From NCBI GenBank assembly GCA_022828125.1, contig JAJEJD010000030.1, positions 26,176 through 90,175 of the forward strand: 64,000 nt of DNA. The letters run 5' to 3'. This stretch comes from a bacterium (GTDB taxonomy: Bacteria > UBA8248). A program made the translations under genes and the position numbers. This document shows positions 55,606 through 63,968 of the stretch, in pieces. The notes below the pieces were generated by a model. It worked only from the letters and a program-made list of their open reading frames with translations, ran no database searches and was not told the origin of the DNA. The stretch's first letter is position 1. Every line of letters starts with the position of its first letter.

Positions 55606-57918
55606 CTACAGCGGCCCGAAATCGGGAGGCGGGATCCGGCGCTTCGAGGCCGCCTCGTACGTCGAGGCGATCCGGAGCAGTACGTCCTCCCTACCGGGTT
55701 CGGCGCGGAAGACGAGGGAAAACGGCAGGCCCGGCTCCGGGATGGTGGTGGCCTGATCGTTATGCGCGGAGACGAACCGCGTGCCGTCCTCGCTGAGCTC
55801 GAAAACCGGGTCGTAGGTCGTCCGCACGTAGCCCGCGGGCACGAGCATCTCCGTCAGCCCCGCGTTCGGCCCGCTTTGCGATTCGGGCCGGGAGTTCAGC
55901 AGGAGGCCGGGCTGGACCGCCCCGCCGATGATGGCCGGCGGGAACGGCGTGTGCAGCCTTACGAGGGCGTCCAGGTCGTTCTCCAGGATCACCATCATGT
56001 CCACGCGGCGCAAAAGCTCGCGCAGCATGATGCGCTCGTTCACCCCCTGCCTGCCCCCGTGGGGGTTGCGCGGGTCCGCGACCTCCTCCCAGTTTTTGAA
56101 TGCGGCGCGGTGGTCGTCGCCCCAGAATTTGGAGCGCGCGTTCAACTCGGGAAAGCCCGTGATGGTCTCGGTGAAGCCGCGCGCCTCCCAGTCCTCCGCC
56201 CGGCGCGAGAGGTACTGGTGGATGTGGTAGCGGAACGTCATGGCGAGTTCCTGCTGCTGCACGGTGGCGAGGTCGAGGTTCGCGGGCTGCTCGATTCGGC
56301 CCTCGCCCATGGCGAGCATGTAGTCGATGGGCTGCATGTCGCCCGAACCGAAGACGACGCCCGGCGCGAACTCGGTGGGGACGATGGCCTCGGCGAACTC
56401 TCTGAAGAGCGGTTCGCCCTCCGGCGTGAGCCTGAACATGATGTCCGGCATGAAGACGGGGATGAGCCTGGCGAGCGCGCGGCGGAAATCCGTCTTCATG
56501 GTCTCGACTTCGGGGTCGCCCGCCCAGAGCGGGTCGGTCGATTCGAGGAGCTTCGCCCCGAGCTTTTGGCCCAGGACTTCCTTTATCTCCCGGCCCGCCG
56601 CGTTCACGATGGGCTCTTCCGACTTCGAACCCCTGGGATAGACCATCGACTCGCGGATGACGCCGATGCGCACGCCTTCCAGCGCGCCCGCCTCGCCGTT
56701 CCTGCTCACGTGCGAAGCGTAGGGCGTATCCAGAACGGAGGAGCGCGGCACCGTCGTGAACGGGTCGCGCGGGTCGTAGTAGCCGTTCACCGGGTCTTTC
56801 AGCGCGTCGAGCACTTTGGCGCAATCGGCGAGTGATTTCGTGATGACGCCGCTCCTGTCGCAGTAGATGTCCGCCCCGATGGCGCCGCCGTCGAAGCCGA
56901 GCATCGCCTTGTGCGGCAGGATGAGCGCGACGGCGTTGTGGTTCGACGGCCCCCGGCAGGAGGCCCGCGTCTCCTCGCCCAGGCTCGCCATCACCATGTT
57001 CGTGCTCACCGAGAGGGCGGAGCCCGAACTCGAACCCAGAGAGGCCGCCCGCGTGGTGTCGTAGGGGTTCGAGGGGTTCCCGCCCCACGTGCTGCGCTGG
57101 TAGCCCAGGACGGAGGGCAGCACCTTGTCGGGTTCGTGCCGCCCGCCGGGGTCGCCCGCGCGCCCGTTGTATTCGGTGCTCACGGCCTTGGCGAAGATGA
57201 CGGCGCCCTTGTTCCTGAGCTGCTCGACGAGGATGTGGTCGCGCGCGGGGAAATCGATGTCATAGGCCGCGTCGCCCCCGCCGGTGGAGCGCATGTCCTT
57301 CGTGTCGAAGGGGTCCTTGAAGGAGAAGGTGACGCCGTACATCGGCATTTTCTCGAGGTCGGGGTCGGCGCCGTACTCGGCGTCCAGTTCCGCCGCGCGC
57401 TCGAGCGCGTCGGGGTAGTGGCGGAAGACCTCGCACATGGGCGGCGCGCCCGGCGGCAGGGGGCCTTCCGCGGGATGCCGGTCGTAATCGCCCTTGCAGG
57501 TCACGGAGCGCTCGCCGCGGATGTTCAGGGTGGCGAGGGCGTTCACCTGGCCCGCGTTGGGGACCCCGACGATCATGCCGTATTGCTGCTGGACGTCCGG
57601 GTCCGAAGCCGTATCCTCCATGCGGCCGAACTCGAGCGGCGGTCCCTGGTATTTATCCAGATCGGGCAGGTAGTCGGTTGCCTTCACGGTTTCGGTCGGG
57701 AACTCGATCGGCGAGCCGCCGCGCACGACGCCCCTGGCTTCGGGGACGGGCGCGCCGTCTTCGGTGACGAGCATGCTGGCGACGCCGTTGTAGGCGTGGA
57801 TGCGCGCGAGGTAGCGCTCCACGACCTCTACGCACGTCGTGCGGCCGGCGCGAATCGCCGCGTGCATATCCTCGATGCTTGCTTCTTCCAGGCGGAACGC
57901 CCCGCTCTTATCCTCCAT
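55606..57918 (-). CDS. Amidase-signature (AS) family amidase with a long C-terminal extension
   Basis: 770 aa from the ATG at 57918. FSFKDPFDTKDM and GSSSGSALSVSTNMVMASLGEETRASCRGPS fit the AS Ser-cisSer-Lys region. The track ORF extends to 58023. Confidence 0.85.
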   Translation of the reverse strand: MEDKSGAFRLEEASIEDMHAAIRAGRTTCVEVVERYLARIHAYNGVASMLVTEDGAPVPEARGVVRGGSPIEFPTETVKATDYLPDLDKYQGPPLEFGRMEDTASDPDVQQQYGMIVGVPNAGQVNALATLNIRGERSVTCKGDYDRHPAEGPLPPGAPPMCEVFRHYPDALERAAELDAEYGADPDLEKMPMYGVTFSFKDPFDTKDMRSTGGGDAAYDIDFPARDHILVEQLRNKGAVIFAKAVSTEYNGRAGDPGGRHEPDKVLPSVLGYQRSTWGGNPSNPYDTTRAASLGSSSGSALSVSTNMVMASLGEETRASCRGPSNHNAVALILPHKAMLGFDGGAIGADIYCDRSGVITKSLADCAKVLDALKDPVNGYYDPRDPFTTVPRSSVLDTPYASHVSRNGEAGALEGVRIGVIRESMVYPRGSKSEEPIVNAAGREIKEVLGQKLGAKLLESTDPLWAGDPEVETMKTDFRRALARLIPVFMPDIMFRLTPEGEPLFREFAEAIVPTEFAPGVVFGSGDMQPIDYMLAMGEGRIEQPANLDLATVQQQELAMTFRYHIHQYLSRRAEDWEARGFTETITGFPELNARSKFWGDDHRAAFKNWEEVADPRNPHGGRQGVNERIMLRELLRRVDMMVILENDLDALVRLHTPFPPAIIGGAVQPGLLLNSRPESQSGPNAGLTEMLVPAGYVRTTYDPVFELSEDGTRFVSAHNDQATTIPEPGLPFSLVFRAEPGREDVLLRIASTYEAASKRRIPPPDFGPL

Positions 57919-58103
57919 GACGCATCCTTTCTGTTGAACGTGTTCCCGCCCGCCCTCGGCGGGGGAGCTGTTTCCGGTTTCAGGCGATGCGGGAATACTA
58001 GGGGCGGCGCCCGGTTTTGGCAACGGCTTTTCGGGAAAGATGCCGGCCGAATCCGGGCAGGGAGATGGATGTCTTGCCTCCCCGATCGTCCTCTCTCACC
58101 CTG

Positions 58104-58512
58104 AAAACCAACCCCCCCTACCCCCCCTTAACAGGGGGGTCTTTTTTTAATCCCCCCTGTCGGGGGGGATCTTCTTTGTTTTTACCTCTTGTCGGGCGCA
58201 TTGCTTTTTCAGTCGGGGGGCATTGCTTTTTTTTACCCCCCTGTTAAGGGGGGGTAGGGGGGGTTGCTCCCTCCACCGAGGAGAATCCTGAATTCACTCC
58301 CCCCTTTCAGACTTGTTTGCTATTCAGCAGAGAGGATCCACTCCCCCCTTGAGGGGGAGTCAGTGAGCTAAGGGCGCAAGTCCGCAAGCGAACTGGTGGG
58401 GGGAGTTTTTTCTGTGGCATGTCCCCCCACCGAGTCAGCCTTCACCTGTCGGTTCGGCTTCCTCGTCGGGCTTTCCCCTCGGGAAGCCCGACCCTCAAGG
58501 GGGGAGTTGATC
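58104..58512. repeat. Intergenic repeat mosaic: R1 palindrome (58104-58267) + R4 structured element (58334-58512)
   Basis: R1 arms are CCCCCCCTACCCCCCCTTAACAGGGGGG / CCCCCCTGTTAAGGGGGGGTAGGGGGGG. R4 ends are GGATCCACTCCCCCCTTGAGGG / CCCTCAAGGGGGGAGTTGATC. Confidence 0.75.
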
Positions 58513-58582
58513 TTGTTCTTTCATCGGATGAACCAAACCCTCGATGGGGGGGTTGGTTTCGAGACGGCGGGGGATTGCCGAC

Positions 58583-58620
58583 AAAAAAACCGTTTCGCAG
58601 GCTAAACGCGCGCGAAACGG
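58583..58620 (-). terminator. Intrinsic-terminator-like hairpin, best read on the minus strand
   Basis: Perfect 9-bp stem CCGTTTCGC/GCGAAACGG (58590-58620). A7 lies on the plus strand 5' of the stem, which gives a T7 tail on the minus strand. A weaker TTTT lies on the plus side. Confidence 0.4.
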
Positions 58621-59101
58621 CAAATTTTCCGTTCTTGATTCTCTGGATTCCGATAATTTCTATTATCAGACAATACAACACCTCTCAAAACCATGTCAAG
58701 CGCAATTCCGGGGTCCCCGGAGGAGTTTTCGGGCGTCGTTTTTCGTCTTTTTTCGCTCGTTTCCGGCCCAAATGCGCCCCGAAACGGATTTTCCCGCCGA
58801 AAACGGGGCTTCCAGCGTCCCGTAATAGAAATTAGCGGTGGACAGGCCGGGCGCGAGGCGCTCGAAAGATACTCGCCTTTGGAGGCCGGGAAAGGTGGGC
58901 GCATACCGCAAAAATTCGCCTCCCGCGGAACGACCGGCCCGGACGATGCGTCCGCAAGTCCGCCGTATTTCAGGCGGCCCAAAATACGAATCATCGTTTT
59001 GTGAAGACCAGTATATCGAGAAGGAAAGGAGGTTAATCGGAGAAAGCCGGAAACTCACGGAAAATCCCTTTTTCTACTGTGTATTCAGGAGGACTCACTA
59101 A

Positions 59102-60799
59102 ATGACGTTCAAAAACAAGCATATTCACAAGCTCTACGCTTTTGCGCTGGCGGCGGTCTTCGCGCTGACGCTGGCGGGCTGCGGCGGCGGTGGCGGCAGC
59201 GCTGCTGCGCCGGACCCGGAGCCGCCCGCAATGCCGGAACCCACCCCGCAGGAAATGTGCGAGGGTGACGGCGGCCGGTACAACGCGGACGGCTCCTGCA
59301 CCTCCGCCGCGGCTCTGGCCGAAGAGATGGCCCTGAGCGGCGCACAGGAAGCCGCGATGGCCGCTTACATGGCGGCGATGGCCGCCGTGGGCGGCGCGGT
59401 GGACCCCGTGGCGATGGCGAACGCGCAGGCGTACGCGGACATGGCCAAAACCGCGTCCGACGCGGCGGCTGCGGCCACGACTTCGGCGATGGCCATGGAA
59501 TACCAGATGAAGGCCGAGATGTACCGCGACATGGCGATGGAAGCGGGGATGGAAGCAGGTTTGGGCATTACCATGCTCGGGAACCTGCAACTAAACAAAG
59601 CACCAGAAGATTTGCAGGAACAGCCTGACCCGCCGAAACCCATTACGAACGTGAGAAATGTCCACACCGAGATAAATGCTGTTTCTCAGACAACGACTCC
59701 GAATAGTTCCGGGGCTACCGTACCTACGGTCACGGTAACTTACGCCGCAACGGCCACTAAGCCAACATTTACAATTGCCGACTATGAGTCCGGCGAATCA
59801 CCAAAGAGTTTCTCGATGGGTAACTTCATGGGAACCGAATTGGTGAACGTTGAAACCGTAGATTCAGTAAACGGAAGAACGAATGTCGTTCTTTATTCAG
59901 ACAGGGCGCAAACTGAATCTGTAACCAATTATTCCGCCACCGCAACCGGATTCGTTGCTGCTGGCTCTCTGAACACTGCCACTGCCGCAAATCATGTCAC
60001 CTCACTGTCAGAGGGTCAGATTTCAGGAGCTATGGGAGATAAGGTAGAGGGCACATATAATGCGGATTCGAGAGACAATAACCCGGCTCTATCGGGCGCC
60101 TTCTACTGTAATTCAGCTCTATGTACCCTGACAGTAAATTCCAAGGGAATGATAACTGCAAACGTCGGTTATGAATTCCGTCCGGCAGACGGCAAGACAA
60201 CAAAAGATGATTCAAGCTATCTCACCTTGGGCTTCTGGCTTACCGCTCCCACCGCCTTGAGTGCGGCTGGGGAAGCGCCTGGCGGTATCGTGGTAGGCGC
60301 TTTTGGGATGGGGCAAGGAACTGCTGTTGAAATACCGGCCGCGCTAGAAGGAACGGCCACCTATGAAGGTATCGCTACCGGCCTGTATGCAACAAAGGAC
60401 GGTATCAGCTACTTCAGTGGTGACGCCATGCTCGAGGCTAACTTTGGACAGGTAAAGGGCCTGGCTGCTGATGCTACTGATGCTACTCCTGGTTTTCGGG
60501 GAAGTGTAAGCGGAAGCATTTCGAACATCACTGCTGGTGGAATGAAGATGGAAGGTGAGCTCGGCCTGTCTGCTGCGAATATTGCTGGTGATACAACTGG
60601 CACATATTCCGGAAATACAAAAGGCAGCGTAGGAGACAGCAGGTTTGTTGGAAGCTGGAGAGGAACATTCTATGAAGCAGGAAGAGCGTCCACTCCGGCC
60701 GATTCAAGGTATCCAATGTCTACCGCTGGAACGTTTAGTGGTTATGATGAATACAACAACTCCAGCATCTTGGGGGCCTTCGGAGCAAATAAACAATAA
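59102..60799 (+). CDS. Surface-lipoprotein candidate with Met-rich helical N-domain and TbpB/fHbp-like C-terminal beta-barrel
   Basis: 565 aa. Signal peptide plus lipobox LTLAG-C followed by a GGGGGS linker. The C-terminus ...FVGSWRGTFYEAG...TAGTFSG...ILGAFGANKQ fits the transferrin-binding-protein-like solute-binding (Lipoprotein_5-type) barrel ending. Lower GC than the backbone. Confidence 0.75.
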   Translation: MTFKNKHIHKLYAFALAAVFALTLAGCGGGGGSAAAPDPEPPAMPEPTPQEMCEGDGGRYNADGSCTSAAALAEEMALSGAQEAAMAAYMAAMAAVGGAVDPVAMANAQAYADMAKTASDAAAAATTSAMAMEYQMKAEMYRDMAMEAGMEAGLGITMLGNLQLNKAPEDLQEQPDPPKPITNVRNVHTEINAVSQTTTPNSSGATVPTVTVTYAATATKPTFTIADYESGESPKSFSMGNFMGTELVNVETVDSVNGRTNVVLYSDRAQTESVTNYSATATGFVAAGSLNTATAANHVTSLSEGQISGAMGDKVEGTYNADSRDNNPALSGAFYCNSALCTLTVNSKGMITANVGYEFRPADGKTTKDDSSYLTLGFWLTAPTALSAAGEAPGGIVVGAFGMGQGTAVEIPAALEGTATYEGIATGLYATKDGISYFSGDAMLEANFGQVKGLAADATDATPGFRGSVSGSISNITAGGMKMEGELGLSAANIAGDTTGTYSGNTKGSVGDSRFVGSWRGTFYEAGRASTPADSRYPMSTAGTFSGYDEYNNSSILGAFGANKQ

Positions 60800-60818
60800 G
60801 CTGATTTAGCTTTATCCT

Positions 60819-60850
60819 GCCGCCCCCTTCAATCAACAAAGGGGGGCGGC
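60819..60850 (+). terminator. Stem-loop between the two lipoprotein genes
   Basis: GCCGCCCCCTT-CAATCAACA-AAGGGGGGCGGC. No T tract follows. Confidence 0.3.
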
Positions 60851-60862
60851 CAAAGGGGGCGA

Positions 60863-62527
60863 ATGATGAAAATGCTCAGGCATTTGGTTTTGGTCATGTG
60901 CGTAATAAGTTTGATGTCATTCGCCTCCGGCTGTGGCGGTGGGGGAGGGGGAGGGGCAACTACACCACCTGGCGTTACCGAACCCGAACCTACCCAACCA
61001 ACAGAAACACAAAGGATAGCAACTGCAAGGAATACCCTGGCTAATATTGTCTTAAGTGCACGTTCAGCGGCATTGGATGTGCAGAGTTCCGCTTCTTTCA
61101 TAGCAAACAGTCAAGACGCTACAGTTTCGCAAGTAACAAGCGCTGGTGAATATAACAGCGCTGCTCAAAGCGCCTTGGTAGACGTGGAGGCTGCGGAAGA
61201 TTCGGGAATTGCCGCAACCACTCTCGCGCAGATTGAACTTGCGATATCCAGCGCACGATCAGCGGCATCTAGGATAACATCTGCGCGATCATCTATTTCA
61301 ACCATTGAAACTGGTGTTCGAGCCGTTGAAACGCAACGGAGACAAAGGGCGGCGGACGAACTCGCCCAGACGGGCGGCTCCTCGCTCATCGAATACTTGA
61401 GGGATAACAAGAAAGTATCTGATGCGGTTCTAGCCGGCTTGGCGGCCACTTCCCTCCTGGCGGGGCAGACAGGTACTAATACAGGTTCCGCCACTTACCC
61501 ATACCACAAAGGTGACCCCGCAACGCAATTTCCAATACCCAGGAATACAGATAGAGGCGTGCTGGAAGTAACGATATCGGTCGATGGGACAGATGTATCA
61601 TCGAATAGCCAGACGGGCAAAATCTCCGGATCAGGACGTCTTTCCAATGGCTTCGACCTGAAAGACGGCGGCAATTTCGCCACTGTTTACACAGATATTG
61701 AGGTAGCGCAAAGGGTAAGACAAAAAACAGGGAATACTGCCACAGATAGTGCCCTAGAGGACACTACTGTAGGGGAAACAGACGACGGTATAGATCAGAG
61801 GTTTCAGTACGTCGCCGACGATGATTATCTGCTCGCCGGAATCTGGCTCGATGATTCAGCAACTGACGGTTCTGCTCCCGTCCTGAGAGCTTTTGCATTC
61901 GGGAGTCAGCTTCTCGCCGCGACACACGATTTCTGCACCGCTGCTGATGTAACTAACACCAGTTCGCTGTCCAGGGCGTGCGGTAATGCGGACGGTAGAG
62001 CCTTTAACACGATAACCGGATTCGTTGACGTAAATGAGAGCACGGAAGCAACTTACCGTGGGGGTGTGAACGGCGCGTATTTCGCCGGCGGAAAGGCCAG
62101 CCATTTCAAGGCGAATGTATCGCTCACGGCTACGTTTGTGCGCGGAACCGGGACAGATGTTTCGGGTAGCAAGATTTCAGGAGCAATCACGGATATCAGC
62201 GCCGGTGGAAATTCCATCACGGGCAGCATTGATTTGAAGGAACAGGCGCTTACAACAGATGACATAAGCGCCGCTTTTACTGGTGAGGCCGCTGGTGTAA
62301 TAGCGGGTCACGCCTATACCGGCAACTGGAGGGGTCAGTTCTTCGGAATGAGAGCCACGAAGACTTCAGAAACTGCTGATGTTTCAGGCAACGATCCCGA
62401 AAGAACAACAACGACAACCTACACCCCGGACGAACCTAATTCGGTTGCAGGCTCGTTTTATGTCGACAGGCAGACGGTTGGCGAAGGAGACGCCGCCTTC
62501 ATCGGGGCGTTCGGGGCGCACAGGTAA
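60863..62527 (+). CDS. Second surface-lipoprotein candidate with a TbpB/fHbp-like C-terminal beta-barrel
   Basis: 554 aa. Lipobox FASG-C followed by GGGGGGG. The C-terminus ...YTGNWRGQFFGM...SVAGSFYV...FIGAFGAHR has the same barrel ending as 59102-60799. Lower GC than the backbone. Confidence 0.75.
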   Translation: MMKMLRHLVLVMCVISLMSFASGCGGGGGGGATTPPGVTEPEPTQPTETQRIATARNTLANIVLSARSAALDVQSSASFIANSQDATVSQVTSAGEYNSAAQSALVDVEAAEDSGIAATTLAQIELAISSARSAASRITSARSSISTIETGVRAVETQRRQRAADELAQTGGSSLIEYLRDNKKVSDAVLAGLAATSLLAGQTGTNTGSATYPYHKGDPATQFPIPRNTDRGVLEVTISVDGTDVSSNSQTGKISGSGRLSNGFDLKDGGNFATVYTDIEVAQRVRQKTGNTATDSALEDTTVGETDDGIDQRFQYVADDDYLLAGIWLDDSATDGSAPVLRAFAFGSQLLAATHDFCTAADVTNTSSLSRACGNADGRAFNTITGFVDVNESTEATYRGGVNGAYFAGGKASHFKANVSLTATFVRGTGTDVSGSKISGAITDISAGGNSITGSIDLKEQALTTDDISAAFTGEAAGVIAGHAYTGNWRGQFFGMRATKTSETADVSGNDPERTTTTTYTPDEPNSVAGSFYVDRQTVGEGDAAFIGAFGAHR

Positions 62528-62910
62528 GAGAGCAGAGACGCCTTCGGTCCGGGGGTTTCATGTCCTGAGCCTGAGGCGGGCGAAGGAAGAGGAAGAAGAG
62601 TGGAAAAGGGGGTTGCCCGTTGGTTGCTTCCCTCGTGATGAGCAAATTGTACCGCTCCTTGCTGTGAGTTTGAGTCCTCGAGCCGGGAACGGGAACAACG
62701 GGCAGCCCCCACTTTCAGCTTCAAGAAAGCAACCGACACCCCGACTCGGCCTGTGCCTCGGGAATCGTGTCGCAGCAGTTCCCATCTTCAGGGGTTTTTT
62801 CAACCCCTTAAAGCAGTCCTTTGAGGGGTGTCGGCCCTTTCTCTTCCTGAGCGGATGCGCTCGCCTCTTCGCCTTGAAAATAAACTCATCCTACCTTCCC
62901 CTTGACCGGG

Positions 62911-63396
62911 GATAAAGGGACAGCCCCTCCTCGGGGCTGTCCTGCCCCCCCTACCCCCCCTTGTCAGGGGGGTATAAAAAAGCAACCCCCGCAAAGAAGG
63001 ATCAACTCCCCCCTTGAGGGTCGGTCTTTCCCCTCGGGAAGACCGACGAAGAGCTAAGGGCGAAGCCCGCAAGCGATTCGGTGGGGGGACATGCCATGGA
63101 TAAAACTCCCCCCACCACATCGGCCTTCGCACAAACCGCTCGGCCTCTGTCGGGCTTTCCCCTCGGGAAGCCCGACCCCCTCAAGGGGGGAGTTGATTGT
63201 TGAGTGCTCTACAAGGGTCTTTCTTTTTCATGCCCCCCTGTTAAGGGGGGGTAGGGGGGGTTGCTTTTCGAGGCGAGAGCAAACGCTCATTCATCAATCG
63301 CGTTTGACCTTCGATACGGCGCTTACGCGCCTACTCAGGATGAGGAAGGTGAGGGGCGGAGCCCGCCCCGAGCGAAGTCGAGGGGCCGCTACTCAG
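62911..63396. repeat. Nested repeat mosaic: R1 palindrome split by an R4 element, followed by R5
   Basis: R1 left arm at 62911-62990, including an R2-like hairpin at 62918-62942. R4 at 62999-63197. R1 right arm at 63231-63264. R5 at 63309-63396. Confidence 0.75.
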
Positions 63397-63892
63397 GGTG
63401 AGGGGTGCCGGGCGGCGCGGCGGTGCGGCGGATGAGTTCCTTCAGCGCCTCCATGTTCTCGTGATGCTGTTCGCTCTGCTCCCCGCGCAGCGCCTTGAGC
63501 GCCTCCATGTTCTCGTGATGCGTGCGTTCCATCGCGTTCATGGTTTCGCGGTGCTGAGCTTTTTGATCCTCGCGCTGTGCGGCGAGCGCTTCCATGGTTG
63601 CGATGTGCTGTTTGCTTTGCGCCTCGCGCTCGGCGGCGAGCGCCTCCATGTGTTCGCGGTGGCGGCTGTCGAGCGCCTTCATGGTTTCGCGGTGCTGGGC
63701 GTCGCGGTGGCGCGCGGCCTGGCGCATGAAGTAGAGGCCGTAGGCTATCAGGGAGCACTGCGCGGCCCCCACGAGCGCGGCGACCCACACGGAGGCCTGC
63801 TGCGCTACGAGAGACGCTTTCTGGATGGCCAGGGATGATTCCTGTATGGCGAGACTTGCGGCTTCGTATTCCGTCACTTGGTTTTCCCCCAC
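63389..63892 (-). CDS. Membrane-anchored protein with six tandem H-x3-M helical repeats
   Basis: 167 aa, GTG start. TM segment VWVAALVGAAQCSLIAYGLYF. Repeats are HRETMKAL, HREHMEAL, HIATMEAL, HRETMNAM, HHENMEAL and HHENMEAL. The DNA shows the matching ~55-bp periodicity. Confidence 0.6.
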   Translation of the reverse strand: MGENQVTEYEAASLAIQESSLAIQKASLVAQQASVWVAALVGAAQCSLIAYGLYFMRQAARHRDAQHRETMKALDSRHREHMEALAAEREAQSKQHIATMEALAAQREDQKAQHRETMNAMERTHHENMEALKALRGEQSEQHHENMEALKELIRRTAAPPGTPHPE

Positions 63893-63968
63893 GTTAGTGG
63901 GTCCTCAGACACCCGACTCTAAAGCGCCGCCGCGCGTTTCGTCAAGACGGATGCCGGGCGGTGGATAG

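Noticed and set aside
58396-58994. ORFs 58396-58605 +, 58419-58835 +, 58442-58681 -, 58544-58825 + and 58602-58994 - in the region between the amidase and the lipoprotein gene. Similar small ORFs cover other mosaics: 42363-42608 -, 54499-54903 -, 54962-55420 -, 55370-55756 +, 62379-62915 +, 62800-63132 -, 63091-63435 +.
   Set aside because: They are translations of the repeat modules (recurrent PLSRGGRGGC / PPLPPLDRG-type peptides arising from the C7/G7 arms). They lack RBSs.
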